Under the pieces are notes generated by a model. That model was not told the origin of the DNA and made no database searches. It saw only the letters and a list, made by a program, of their open reading frames with translations. Below, piece by piece: positions 55,701 through 62,621 of a stretch of DNA of 64,000 nt. How positions within the stretch are numbered: the first letter of the stretch is position 1; the number at the start of each line of letters is the position of its first letter. A program made the position numbers and the translations under genes. The DNA comes from an uncultured virus (IMG/VR IMGVR_UViG_3300025789_000033) (lineage: Duplodnaviria; Heunggongvirae; Uroviricota; Caudoviricetes): IMG/VR virus record IMGVR_UViG_3300025789_000033; one strand, 5' to 3'.

Positions 55701-58501
55701 GTTTCTATTAAGAATAATATTACGTTTGCTTGAACAGTTGATAAACCATTTAGAATAATTGTTCTTGATGAACTGTTGGCCGCATAGGTAGTACCGTTAG
55801 CATATGTTGGAACAACTAGTGTAGGCCCACTAGCAACCCCACCATTGATAATAGTAATGACGTTAGTTACTAGTGTGCTTGCGGCAGCGGTTGCAGTACC
55901 GGTTCCGGCACTTGTTGATTGTACTGTTGTATTTCCAGTGGTTCTAGAATATAATGTTCCTGGAATAACAGATGCGATTACAGAGTTCAAATGTGTATAT
56001 GCACTGGTAACTGATGAAAGTTCTGTAGAAATAGTGTTTACATTTGTGCCAGTGAAATAAGCATCGGCAGCCGCGACGGTAGCAGTATTACCACTGTAGA
56101 TTAAATCAAATGTTATAGCATCAATGATGTATCCAGTGTCACGTCGGCAATTTGCCTCGTTATACATCGAAATGCTACCAGGATTAAGGTTTGCATTGAT
56201 GTATGCAATGGTTTCATCGATTAAAAACTGTCGGTTGTTTTGTAATTGCTGAGCACTAATATTAATGCCCGCAGTAGGATTATTATAAGTCCAAGTTATA
56301 CTTGGCGCACCACTAGTGCTGACATTATTGATAATAGTAGTAATCACACTCATACTGGCTGTAATGGCAGCGATAGCGGCAGTATTAGTTGGAATCAAGC
56401 CAATGATTTCATCACGAGCAAAGTTAAGACCAGCAATAGTCTGCGCCTTTTGAGAAGATGTTACTACAGAACTATAACTTCTAATATAGGCAAACGCGGC
56501 AGTAATTGAGCGATAATTAGTACCAAATATTAAATCGTCTAGTACAGCATTAACAATAATACCAACATCTCGACTACACTTTGATTGATCAAATGTAAAT
56601 GTTGAATTATCATTAGTAGTTGGCAATGCACCAAACACAACTGCAGGAAGACTTCCACCTGCAATGATACCTTGAATAAGTGCAATACTGTTTTGTATTG
56701 ATGTAACAGCAGATGGTAGATTTGCAAAAGATGCATCTGAAGTGATAGTATTCGCAAGATCTGATAATGTTGCGGATACTTGACTTGGTCCAGTTGTAGA
56801 AACAGACATTATACCTGCATGTGTGGTAAGCACAAATGGTGATCCACCTGCTGACAAACTAATTTTAATATTTGCACTGTCTACTATAGACTGAATGTAA
56901 TAGGTTGTTCCAGAAACAATATTACCAAAACTTGTTCCTGTGAATGTAATAGGACTACCAACAATCATACCTAGTGTTGATAATACTGTTACAGTATTAG
57001 TAACTGATGTAGTGTTAACCGTTGAAGTATTAACTATAGTAGCGGCAGTGTCTAAACCAGTAGCCGCTACATTAAAGTTTCTCGCAACTTGGATGCTTCT
57101 TAGATTTGATCCAAAGATCATATCATATAGGATTGCATCAATTACTTGACCTAAGTATGTTTGAGTATTAGCAGTGCTGTAAGAAAAGTTAAGAACTTGA
57201 TTTTTAGCATAGTTAACGGCATCAATTATTTGAGTTAAATTGTTGCTAAGTATGTCACTGTTATATGCATTAAACAATATTGATGCTTGTGTTGTAGAGT
57301 TAAAATTTGTACCTAATACAGTATCATATCCAACAGCATCAACAATATTTGAAATGATGCTAGCCCATCTAGACTTGTCAAATGTAAATGTGTTTACATA
57401 TTTCTTGTTAAGATAAGCAATGGTTTCAGCTTGAATAAAAGATTTATTTGCTTCTAATATAGCTGCCGCATCTGTATAACCTACTATTCCGCTATTACCG
57501 CCAGTAAGGGTAATACTCTGTATTGTACTAAAAGTTTGTGTAGGTCCAATTGTATATGCGATTCGTTGTCGATATGGTCCAGGTTCAATTGATGATAATG
57601 CAATAAGATTTTGTGCTTGTAGAGCTGCCGCACCTACAGTTTTATAAGCATACTGCCACGCACGACCTTCGCGTCCTGCAGGAGTTCTAGTTTGTAAATC
57701 GTCTCCGTTAGTTTTAACGTATAAATTTGTTGTGCTGTAGTTTGTATTGTTATCTACATAAAATTTTGTAGCAGCCTGTAAGTCATCAGCGCCATTAGGA
57801 GTACCAGCGCCAGCCATTGAACCAGGATGATCGTTTAGATTTAATTTCCCGGTCATTGTATCGCCACCGCGATATACGGTGTGCTTACGTTGCATTGCTT
57901 CAGTACTTACATAGTTACTGGTTAAAGTTGCATCGTAATCGATATCAGATGTTTGCGGAGTAGCTGGTTCTTCACGAATTCTCAATGCCTTGGCAACTAC
58001 ACCATTATATGTTCCTACATAATTATTATCAGCATAATTCTTTGTAACTGCCAGTTGCCCAATGGTAGTAGTAATATTTTGTGAAGCATATAACGCATTG
58101 AAATCATCAACTATCTGCTGGCTTGGGTCGCCTAAATTACCAATACTAAACTGATTTGCGTTGATACTTGCACTTAGCGTTGGACTAGGATCATTGTTTA
58201 ATCGAGCACTTAGAGCCGCAATTGTAATTTTTGTAGGGTCTGAAGTAGTAATACCAATACCAGTTCCTGCAACAATAGTTCTAGCACTTAGTGATCCGCC
58301 AGTAGTATCGGCCATGATAATTTGATTGGCACTATATGTCGATGGAGCATCAGACAAATTAGTGAATCTAATAGTACCACCTGCACCAAAAATAGCATAT
58401 AACTCGTTAAAGTTACTGTTTACCTTTTGGAAACTTGTACGGATACTGTCACCAGTTCCGTCATTACCTTGTACGCCAATATCAATTATTTGTTGTGTCA
58501 T
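46715..58501 (-). CDS. Giant (3928 aa) virion structural/tail protein
   Basis: gp9/10-like N-terminus (GNDGTGDSIR), nine helical CxRD-type repeats, GSGYT..PT units and a C-terminal YADLAE...GRIPC.V.G.V.KGD chaperone-like module. Confidence 0.8.
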   Translation of the reverse strand: MTQQIIDIGVQGNDGTGDSIRTSFQKVNSNFNELYAIFGAGGTIRFTNLSDAPSTYSANQIIMADTTGGSLSARTIVAGTGIGITTSDPTKITIAALSARLNNDPSPTLSASINANQFSIGNLGDPSQQIVDDFNALYASQNITTTIGQLAVTKNYADNNYVGTYNGVVAKALRIREEPATPQTSDIDYDATLTSNYVSTEAMQRKHTVYRGGDTMTGKLNLNDHPGSMAGAGTPNGADDLQAATKFYVDNNTNYSTTNLYVKTNGDDLQTRTPAGREGRAWQYAYKTVGAAALQAQNLIALSSIEPGPYRQRIAYTIGPTQTFSTIQSITLTGGNSGIVGYTDAAAILEANKSFIQAETIAYLNKKYVNTFTFDKSRWASIISNIVDAVGYDTVLGTNFNSTTQASILFNAYNSDILSNNLTQIIDAVNYAKNQVLNFSYSTANTQTYLGQVIDAILYDMIFGSNLRSIQVARNFNVAATGLDTAATIVNTSTVNTTSVTNTVTVLSTLGMIVGSPITFTGTSFGNIVSGTTYYIQSIVDSANIKISLSAGGSPFVLTTHAGIMSVSTTGPSQVSATLSDLANTITSDASFANLPSAVTSIQNSIALIQGIIAGGSLPAVVFGALPTTNDNSTFTFDQSKCSRDVGIIVNAVLDDLIFGTNYRSITAAFAYIRSYSSVVTSSQKAQTIAGLNFARDEIIGLIPTNTAAIAAITASMSVITTIINNVSTSGAPSITWTYNNPTAGINISAQQLQNNRQFLIDETIAYINANLNPGSISMYNEANCRRDTGYIIDAITFDLIYSGNTATVAAADAYFTGTNVNTISTELSSVTSAYTHLNSVIASVIPGTLYSRTTGNTTVQSTSAGTGTATAAASTLVTNVITIINGGVASGPTLVVPTYANGTTYAANSSSRTIILNGLSTVQANVILFLIETYQSNVGVTSARDLLLNNLSFIQAEIVAFLLVNYPTLSYSSTTCQRDVKFIVWSLIYDFMYGGNSQSVYAGLQYWIGNTLQIASYEQTATIASINYINTLCQAIINNVSPSTVYQQSVYQYINQTLGNANIVSTSIANNITTIAGIVGSVSTPTPTLYAPTTSNASSTLNTARLAILAEKATIESTEVTYVNSTFSVINNTIISSTITSLFNGVTSLLTNGIASRTTPTFVDPSSLVTTTAHARSGILANISFIAADTIAWINLNYPSLVYSSTTCSRDITYLLEAICYDLTYGGNSGTLQAALQYWYAGTRQIANAEVTATVAAITHAQSLAIAVSSNSSVTRTSGNQVTQTFNSVWADGSAAASTINGLFNTVTDIIANDTVYSQSLPDLTTYASIPQAAQVILHNNKTTIANATNVYLSATYPGGFNYNEATCYRDLGYIIDAMVIDILTGGTYQSINAGKSYYKNASAKAIAIGTQLTETLDGITFAKNLGLQVLNKTTQTRFQSLVTQITNTYSPSAPAIATFTTNMNTLISIITTGYGAAPTPTFGTGLYSITFDNGGNGYVDQGQPGDSHIIPAKVLVGANSNAFGQIVTYTPGQSNSYDTITVRMVRPGFFQLGEQLDFGETVPEQHITIYVESGIYYEDYPIKLSANVTIAGDDFRRTIIRPRDRISQSPWRSVFFYRDSVIDGIQTGIINYSGVDYAAATGSTLTLSGTTGNITATLGTGQAPSSWLGLVVTDSTSGSGTPGKAVVSTISGNVLNLTVIYPFAAVTTYAAGSWHMYGTINYGRHYLTNPLDITSTPLNNKLIDVFLCNDATRIRLISMQGHGGFAMVLDPEGQIKTKSPYAQESGSFSQSINYKRFAGGQFIDGFTGRLFGTITNVAQNLAGVNGTQLTVVGSTNSGLDVRAPQTPCAFYIQGNRFQVNDVVSFNAATATVVLTIDTGTPFYPPNFYNTSTFTTSLGSVIDNIGIDMVTGSNYKSLFSGYAYLFPQNSLTILATLFTTQGLAYINSNLGSVSSAGKASIATSLLTISNMLNNGVTTVPATTFPIPSGVSGTANIVKALNTLQANRTFLQQEVSAWIAATYNVNTIPNYNAVKSQRDTGFIIDAICYDILYGGNSAIYDVSLSYYGSGVSQILGEESYCVAAYGHLNTIMQQVVQNQTVSKAAGNPYSQNTSLPAATSAEATIINTEIGILSDYVADGVFTNPTTRTTPTSSSWWSSQTEYADYGILQGLKSTLLSGAVSYLNSGAGLGINIEMGGNKSMLANDFTQINDLGYGVFATNGGLTEQVSTFSYYCYTGYWANNGGQVRSIAGSNSHGVYGLRATGYDVTELPDSVNLAYDMVQVARVYKQGEFINAMTPTQSKQAVTVYVTGYAYLPFGSSELEIDHSVQGGGIVRYLISTIAHTDVTINGKNILSITLSTSGTDSTSSTGLQYALYDGQTVTIRVLQDIKFLNIDNVKPVRPSTALQYIDNLSEIYRVVAYNLTEATGETLGANISVLQTDSSFAYYKFVSDGSNITQLDPSDSTKTQGSKVGDNKIAVLTISSATTVNQINKGTYIVGWGGRTHRVISYTQPTTISTGLFVSYTVTSGPTYTLVVNGVAGTISQGQILTSTGSSTGFNGTQTVTSVIITSPGGVATATITLSGPATVNPPTGTVTFGVATNGYLSIDPNPLSNLASDGTLVNAMTYVSSVAQTGSTTAKIVTFNIPYIPSAQLPAVDSYLTVTSNSNSNYNGTKQITSIVNTTQLTVSSTASLSVGMVVSSTSTGAYVPTGTIIQSIDSTTQFTVSPSCWIPAGSIVSSSLVATVQSITITNGGSGYTTAPTITFSGGSATSQAIATVSIANGAIVAYTLVSPGYGYTSTPTITITPALGGAILTPVLTTTATITTTASAGNNTVTMGLLYPTDPGVNSNVTATTNGTVSATGKIAGTVLSLTNVASGTPSLGMVLSGTGVTAGTYISAVNTASFVGNITSTTTLTIVSGTTPSIGMVLVGAGIPSGTYIASGTGPFTLSAAASNGTNIGIVGTSYTVSASQTVNAGTAISGLLNALTVASTTGLNVGQQISFSGTAFGTGSILTPFNGITPNIIYYINRVVGTYIGISTTLGGNDITLTSGSVSVGTALALYTPNYGYGTSYAINASTGFTSKTIIGSGPTYSVVLNFSTTTAPTTGKYYLVSGNGNPLYNGYYLCTASSSTTITLTYLEDPGTWNTGYATTVTLEVTNGSGNTLGIGRPFNTINNATLRVGRPAGAAAQITTRISTCRATGHDFLDIGTGGYVTTNYPVQIYGNPAIQANSANQVLEETVGRVFYVTTDENGIFRVGRFFSVDQGTGTVTFSASIALSNLDGLGFKRGVVVTEFSTDPTMTDNAPDIVPVQSAIRSFIDNRLGLDYGGSPVATTSLIGPGYLALNGTLAMKGNLNLGNFSIGNVTMPTTGTSKYDGANRDYVDQSLVSLNSFYKLLDVGISAAKGTYVSGSSISYVLTVNNISGTIVNGLAVYGTGFNGTQTVQSVSVNAGVATVTLGSYPNSNPSGTIFFLSPVAGGSFLVYDAGLGKWKNVTAPTGDLAITYNSGTGAITTSINAGVITNAGISSSAAIAQNKLAMNAATTRVNYTGITQANLGLASFNSSSFSSTSGWIDLLTSTSPTTGITYNKIQQMSAGTLLGNLTSGAASPSEITPSQIISSANGIVSGSFAASGAMIVGYDGSNTANNTYGVVSITTTRGANSLVKSGPDGSVDVANLKVGGFTVLSTSGATVEFSTPGGIQQSTPFYYMTAVGTTGSNTTITTQGTLDTSNGTLIADTLTSGSPATSGSMEGQWYLTASSQFDFSLGILKSNNLTAGSSTAAGTIDGNWNLTTGSQLRSTYADLAEFYEGDKEYPEGWVLVFGGEKEVTSTTTFNDTRLAGVVTTNPAYVMNEGQKGIKVCLALAGRIPCRVVGKVKKGDLLTTSAVEGCAVKATNPQIGSIVGKAIQDKDYDSVGVIEVAVGRA

Positions 58502-58503
58502 CT

Positions 58504-58827
58504 TTATACTCCGAAACTGCTACCGCAGCCGCATGTGTTTGTTGCGTTTGGATTCTTTATAGTAAAACTACTACCCATTAACTCTTCTTTATAATCTATC
58601 TCAGCACCAGTTAGATACGTCATGCTCATTGCATCTATTAGTACTCTAAATTCATCTAAGGGGATTTCAAAATCGTCTTCGTTCGCTACTTCATCTAAGG
58701 TAAAACCATAACTAAAACCGCTACACCCGCCGCCTTGCACGAAAGTTCGTAGTGCTAAATTTGGGTTTCCTTCGTCATAAAGGATATCTTTGATTTTTGT
58801 TTTTGCTGATTCTGTAATTGTAATCAC
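58504..58827 (-). CDS. erpA: A-type Fe-S cluster carrier (ErpA/IscA/HesB)
   Basis: [15 protein letters not shown] and CGCGSSF motifs; GTG start with a GAGG RBS. Confidence 0.9.
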   Translation of the reverse strand: MITITESAKTKIKDILYDEGNPNLALRTFVQGGGCSGFSYGFTLDEVANEDDFEIPLDEFRVLIDAMSMTYLTGAEIDYKEELMGSSFTIKNPNATNTCGCGSSFGV

Positions 58828-58847
58828 ACTTGTAGCCCTCGATTGAG

Positions 58848-58884
58848 TATTTATCAATACCATTTTATAACCTTAATGTAAATA
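58848..58884. promoter_or_regulatory. Divergent pair of TAAATA late-type motifs
   Basis: Minus-strand copy at 58848-58853 and plus-strand copy at 58879-58884, each just before a gene start. Confidence 0.55.
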
Positions 58885-58889
58885 CAAGT

Positions 58890-59177
58890 ATGTACATTGG
58901 AACTGAATTTCGAGAGAATCATTACGTGCGAACTAGCAGTCGTGGGAAGACCCATACCTATAGTCGTAAAAAAACCGTATTGGTATTACGGTGTGATTGT
59001 TGCGGAGAAGTGTTTAACCGAGATAAGGGTAATATGGATCCTAATAGGTTAAACAACAACTTCTATCATGTATGTGGTGATTGTGATGCTAAGAAATTTG
59101 CACAAAGCAAAGGCATCGAAAGCAAGCATATTTGGGATATGCCTGTTAGTAGTCTTAAGACGCTAGGCCAACTCTAG
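58890..59177 (+). CDS. Zinc-ribbon-like small protein
   Basis: CDCC...HVCGDC Cys pairs. Confidence 0.7.
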   Translation: MYIGTEFRENHYVRTSSRGKTHTYSRKKTVLVLRCDCCGEVFNRDKGNMDPNRLNNNFYHVCGDCDAKKFAQSKGIESKHIWDMPVSSLKTLGQL

Positions 59178-59986
59178 CTTTTGTAATCTGGATCGCCTGG
59201 ATGTATTTGACTATATCCACGCTTCCATTCTTTTCTATATTGATCAGCTGGAATAAGTCCAGAAAAATCCAATTTCTTAGCAACTCTATCTTTGAGTTGC
59301 GGGTAAAGTTTTTGTATATACGCTTTATCTTTACTGCGAGGACCTATTGTGGTATAACTTCCCGGCTCAGTTTCATAACCTACATACCACTCGGTAGGTG
59401 CAGTCTTTCTTGGAGGATTACCGCTGGTAAATCCGTTGTCATGTATTTGTAATTTTTTAGGATCTGTATAATCGTTCTGCGGTTGGGGACCGGTATCATC
59501 AGTCGATTGAGCTAAGGGATTTTTACCTTCTTTGCGCCACGGTGTAATTTTTACACCTGTCGCACGAGCATGATCAAAAAAACCTCTGGGGATTTTTAAG
59601 TCAGGATCATATTGGATTTCGACTACAAATGGTGATTTTATAGGAATAGGTTTAAATACCTGTTCTTCTGTTTCATATTTGTAATGCATCATAGCACCGA
59701 CTTTAGGAACTACTTTGTAGCCGTGCTGACGTAGAGCATTTTTATCTATAACAAATTGAGCCACACCATGCCCGTAGGGAAAATGCAAGTATTGATTACG
59801 AGTTAGACTTATGCGTGGAATAGATTCTTCACCATTTTCTTGATCCATATCTTGATCAAAGTCAAAGGGCTCTTGAGGTTTTAAAGCACCACTTTTTAAT
59901 ATCTTCATCATAGTAGGGCCGTCTGGCACTCCGTGATATAAGAATTGATCGTTTACACCTTCGTCTAATATTTCTCGGATTTTCAT
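59174..59986 (-). CDS. Putative ADP-ribosyltransferase-fold protein with a capsid-targeting-like leader
   Basis: LYHG...ILKSG.L, ISLTR and ETEEQV fit the H / S-x-T / E strand pattern; MKIREILDEG leader. Confidence 0.55.
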   Translation of the reverse strand: MKIREILDEGVNDQFLYHGVPDGPTMMKILKSGALKPQEPFDFDQDMDQENGEESIPRISLTRNQYLHFPYGHGVAQFVIDKNALRQHGYKVVPKVGAMMHYKYETEEQVFKPIPIKSPFVVEIQYDPDLKIPRGFFDHARATGVKITPWRKEGKNPLAQSTDDTGPQPQNDYTDPKKLQIHDNGFTSGNPPRKTAPTEWYVGYETEPGSYTTIGPRSKDKAYIQKLYPQLKDRVAKKLDFSGLIPADQYRKEWKRGYSQIHPGDPDYKS

Positions 59987-59992
59987 AATATA

Positions 59993-60556
59993 TTATTTAT
60001 TTTCTAGACCAATCCTACTTGAGATAATATTCCAGTTCATAATTTTCCACTGGTTATTGAGATATGATTTTTTGTCACTTCCGTAATCGAATTGAAACGA
60101 GTGTTCCCACCAATCAATTAAGAGTACAATATCCATCTTAATTTCGTGATTTTTAATAGTTTTAATCTTACCATCGCGAGCTAGATATACCCAACCACTG
60201 CCCTGTATTTTCATTGCTTCTTTTTCAAAAGCATCTGTAAACTTATCAAAAGTCCTAAAGTGTTTAGTGATAAACTCTCCAGCAGATCCGTCTGGTTCGT
60301 TTGATCTACTAGGTTTTTGAAACTGTGTAAAGTATATGTCGTGTAAGAACGCACCAGCTTCATTAAAATCAGCATCACCTTCACCGTCATTAAAACGGGT
60401 AACATAGGCTTTATATAACTTGCCATAATGATAGTTAATAGTATCCACACTCATACTAGGTTCTAGATCGTCCTTGGCATAGGGCAACTTGGTTTGAACT
60501 AGGGTTTTAGGACTTTTACCTTCGTTTAGAGTGATATGCTTAATAAAGTTGTACAT
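59993..60556 (-). CDS. sod: Fe/Mn superoxide dismutase-like protein
   Basis: LPYAKDDLEP, YHYGK, LHDIYF, GSGWVYL and DWWEH; all four metal ligands appear to be present. Confidence 0.88.
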   Translation of the reverse strand: MYNFIKHITLNEGKSPKTLVQTKLPYAKDDLEPSMSVDTINYHYGKLYKAYVTRFNDGEGDADFNEAGAFLHDIYFTQFQKPSRSNEPDGSAGEFITKHFRTFDKFTDAFEKEAMKIQGSGWVYLARDGKIKTIKNHEIKMDIVLLIDWWEHSFQFDYGSDKKSYLNNQWKIMNWNIISSRIGLENK

Positions 60557-60561
60557 AATGA

Positions 60562-60578
60562 TATTTAGCGCATAAATA
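60562..60578. promoter_or_regulatory. Back-to-back TAAATA late-type motifs
   Basis: TATTTA-GCGCA-TAAATA between divergent genes. Confidence 0.6.
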
Positions 60579-60597
60579 TTCTACAGGAGATTTAACT

Positions 60598-60825
60598 ATG
60601 TTAAAATTTATTAAAAGTTTTTTTGCTAAAAAACAAGCGGCAGTTGCAGAAGTGCCTTACAAGGTAGAAGTTGCTCCAGTAGTAGAACCAACACTAGTTG
60701 CAGTTCAAGCTACAGAAGCAATGGTCGAATCAGTTGCACCTGCTAAAAAGCCACGTAAGCCTAAAGCAGAAAAAGCACCAGCTGTTAAAAAGCCACGTGC
60801 TCCAAAAACGCCTAAAGTAGTTTAA
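60598..60825 (+). CDS. Small Lys/Pro/Ala-rich protein
   Basis: AGGAG RBS and a KKPR-repeat tail. Confidence 0.75.
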   Translation: MLKFIKSFFAKKQAAVAEVPYKVEVAPVVEPTLVAVQATEAMVESVAPAKKPRKPKAEKAPAVKKPRAPKTPKVV

Positions 60826-61837
60826 GTTCTTTAGCCTGCTCATAAAGAGCAAAACTTGCAAGGTTTTTACCTTTGGATTCGCACATGATATCGTGCGAGT
60901 TTAAAAAGCTCAGAGCCCATTCGTTAGTACTTTTATTCCAATAGAAGTCAGAGTGTGCTCTGAGCTTTTGCTTTTTGTAACCTGCTGTTAATAGTTCAGC
61001 ATGACGGGGCATTATGCTAGTGTCATGATCCACGAGATAATCTTCACGAGATACTGAATAATGCATAGTAGGGCGCAAACCGCGCCAACTGTCCACGACA
61101 CGCATAACACGATGATCTTGGTTACTGATATATTCCCCTTCACGTATCCAATGATGGTGAATATCAAGCACAATAGGAACGATATCGCTAATAGTAAGAC
61201 AGTCATCTAACCCCCATGAGTTTTCTTCGTTTTCAATTGTAATACAGTTGCGGGCCTCTGGCGATAGTCGTTGGTACGCACGGCGGATACCATCTGGACC
61301 TTGTTTACCCGAGATGTGGACATTGATCTTAAAGTCTTGAAATGACTTACCGTAGCCCATGAACCTTGCCATATCTGCATGATATTCAAACTCCTCTATG
61401 GAGCGACCAACAATGCCTGGATTATCACTTGCCAAGACAGTAAACTGACCAGGATGAAAAGACAACCTAACATTGTGCTTACGAGCAACATCACCCACTT
61501 CTCTAAAATGCCGCTCGCAGTAGGCCACGACGTCAGCACGATGCCAAAAATAACTCCAATCAGCTTGAGTATATACAGGTAAAATATCACTACTAATACG
61601 AACCATACGTAAATGTTCATTCAAAGTTCCTACTCTAGTTACAAGTTTTCGGGTAGATTCGATGTTCTGAACCATTAGGTCCCACAGTTTTTGTTCTGCT
61701 ACTTCTTTAGTTTGGCGATTAAGCCAAGCTACTGTAGTACTGCCTGTGTTGTATTGTTTAGCATCGTCATTTTTGTCGATACCGTTAACCTGATGAGGAT
61801 GGTCAATCCATTTACATGCGAAGCCTATACGTTTCAT
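60812..61837 (-). CDS. uvsE: UV-damage endonuclease
   Basis: RIGFAC, RISSD, RLSFHPGQF, IENEE, LDIHHHW, HYS, HSD and MCESK motifs. Start reassigned to MKRIG. Confidence 0.92.
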   Translation of the reverse strand: MKRIGFACKWIDHPHQVNGIDKNDDAKQYNTGSTTVAWLNRQTKEVAEQKLWDLMVQNIESTRKLVTRVGTLNEHLRMVRISSDILPVYTQADWSYFWHRADVVAYCERHFREVGDVARKHNVRLSFHPGQFTVLASDNPGIVGRSIEEFEYHADMARFMGYGKSFQDFKINVHISGKQGPDGIRRAYQRLSPEARNCITIENEENSWGLDDCLTISDIVPIVLDIHHHWIREGEYISNQDHRVMRVVDSWRGLRPTMHYSVSREDYLVDHDTSIMPRHAELLTAGYKKQKLRAHSDFYWNKSTNEWALSFLNSHDIMCESKGKNLASFALYEQAKELKLL

Positions 61838-62019
61838 TACCAATGCCTTATGACGCCTGCGATTATAAAAGTGTTTGTAAGTACATATGATAACACAATT
61901 AGGGTACGAATGCAAGCAATTCGGTCTGATTCTTTGTCCGTATTGCCTGCTTTCTCACCTAATGCTTTGGCCCAAATGCGCCAAAAATACTTAACCTTCG
62001 TATGTAGCCGAATTAGCAC
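61837..62019 (-). CDS. Small phage membrane protein (WRIWAKALGEK...RHW); start uncertain
   Basis: Fills the queD-uvsE gap. The nearest usable start is a GTG at 62019 inside the end of queD. Confidence 0.5.
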   Translation of the reverse strand: MLIRLHTKVKYFWRIWAKALGEKAGNTDKESDRIACIRTLIVLSYVLTNTFIIAGVIRHW

Positions 62020-62518
62020 CGTGTTCAAATACTTCAACTGATTTAATCCTAACGGTTGGATTGATTGGGTAACGCATATCACCAGACGCTAAAAGCTCAG
62101 CCATTTTGTCATAGCACATTTTGGCAAACATTTCACAGCCTACTCCCGGTACAATGCGTAGATCACAGATACCTTGACGGCGGTATGGTTCAACTTGAAC
62201 ACGATCTGGATTGCCATCGTGCTCTGGATTACTGCTCCAGCCTGACATTTCTTTAAAACGATCTAACATTGGATCATCTTCTGCAATAACCAATGTGTGA
62301 TCGAACATAGAGTCTGCCCACGCTTTGAATTCTTTGAGTCCACCGAAGTCCATGCACCAGTTTTTATCATCTAGTGTGTCACATTCAAAGATTAGTTTAA
62401 TACCAATTGAATAACCATGCAATGTCGAGCAATGACTGTGTGTGGCACGCCATTGTCTAAAACAGCATGAAAGTCCGCGGTCATTACCGTATGTTTTTGT
62501 TGAGTAAAATTTTGCCAT
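61991..62518 (-). CDS. queD: 6-carboxy-5,6,7,8-tetrahydropterin synthase (QueD/PTPS family)
   Basis: SHCSTLHGYS, DFGGLK, FDH, GCE and VEVFE motifs; AGGAG RBS. Confidence 0.85.
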   Translation of the reverse strand: MAKFYSTKTYGNDRGLSCCFRQWRATHSHCSTLHGYSIGIKLIFECDTLDDKNWCMDFGGLKEFKAWADSMFDHTLVIAEDDPMLDRFKEMSGWSSNPEHDGNPDRVQVEPYRRQGICDLRIVPGVGCEMFAKMCYDKMAELLASGDMRYPINPTVRIKSVEVFEHGANSATYEG

Positions 62519-62591
62519 TGTTATCTCCTAAAAGTAGCAATGACATGCAGAGTTTATATTGCGGGATGAATGCCTAAGTCCGCATATAGTA

Positions 62592-62619
62592 ATTATACAC
62601 TTTTATAGTGTAAGGTCAA
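62592..62619 (-). promoter_or_regulatory. Sigma70-type promoter for queD-uvsE
   Basis: TTGACC-16 bp-TATAAT. It shares GTATAATTACTATAT with the dnaJ promoter. Confidence 0.65.
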
Positions 62620-62621
62620 TG

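Noticed and set aside
3062..58562. Numerous plus-strand ORFs antisense to long genes (e.g. 3062..3445, 13816..14166, 49605..50108)
   Set aside because: They are shadow ORFs from codon bias, with no RBS or recognisable motifs.
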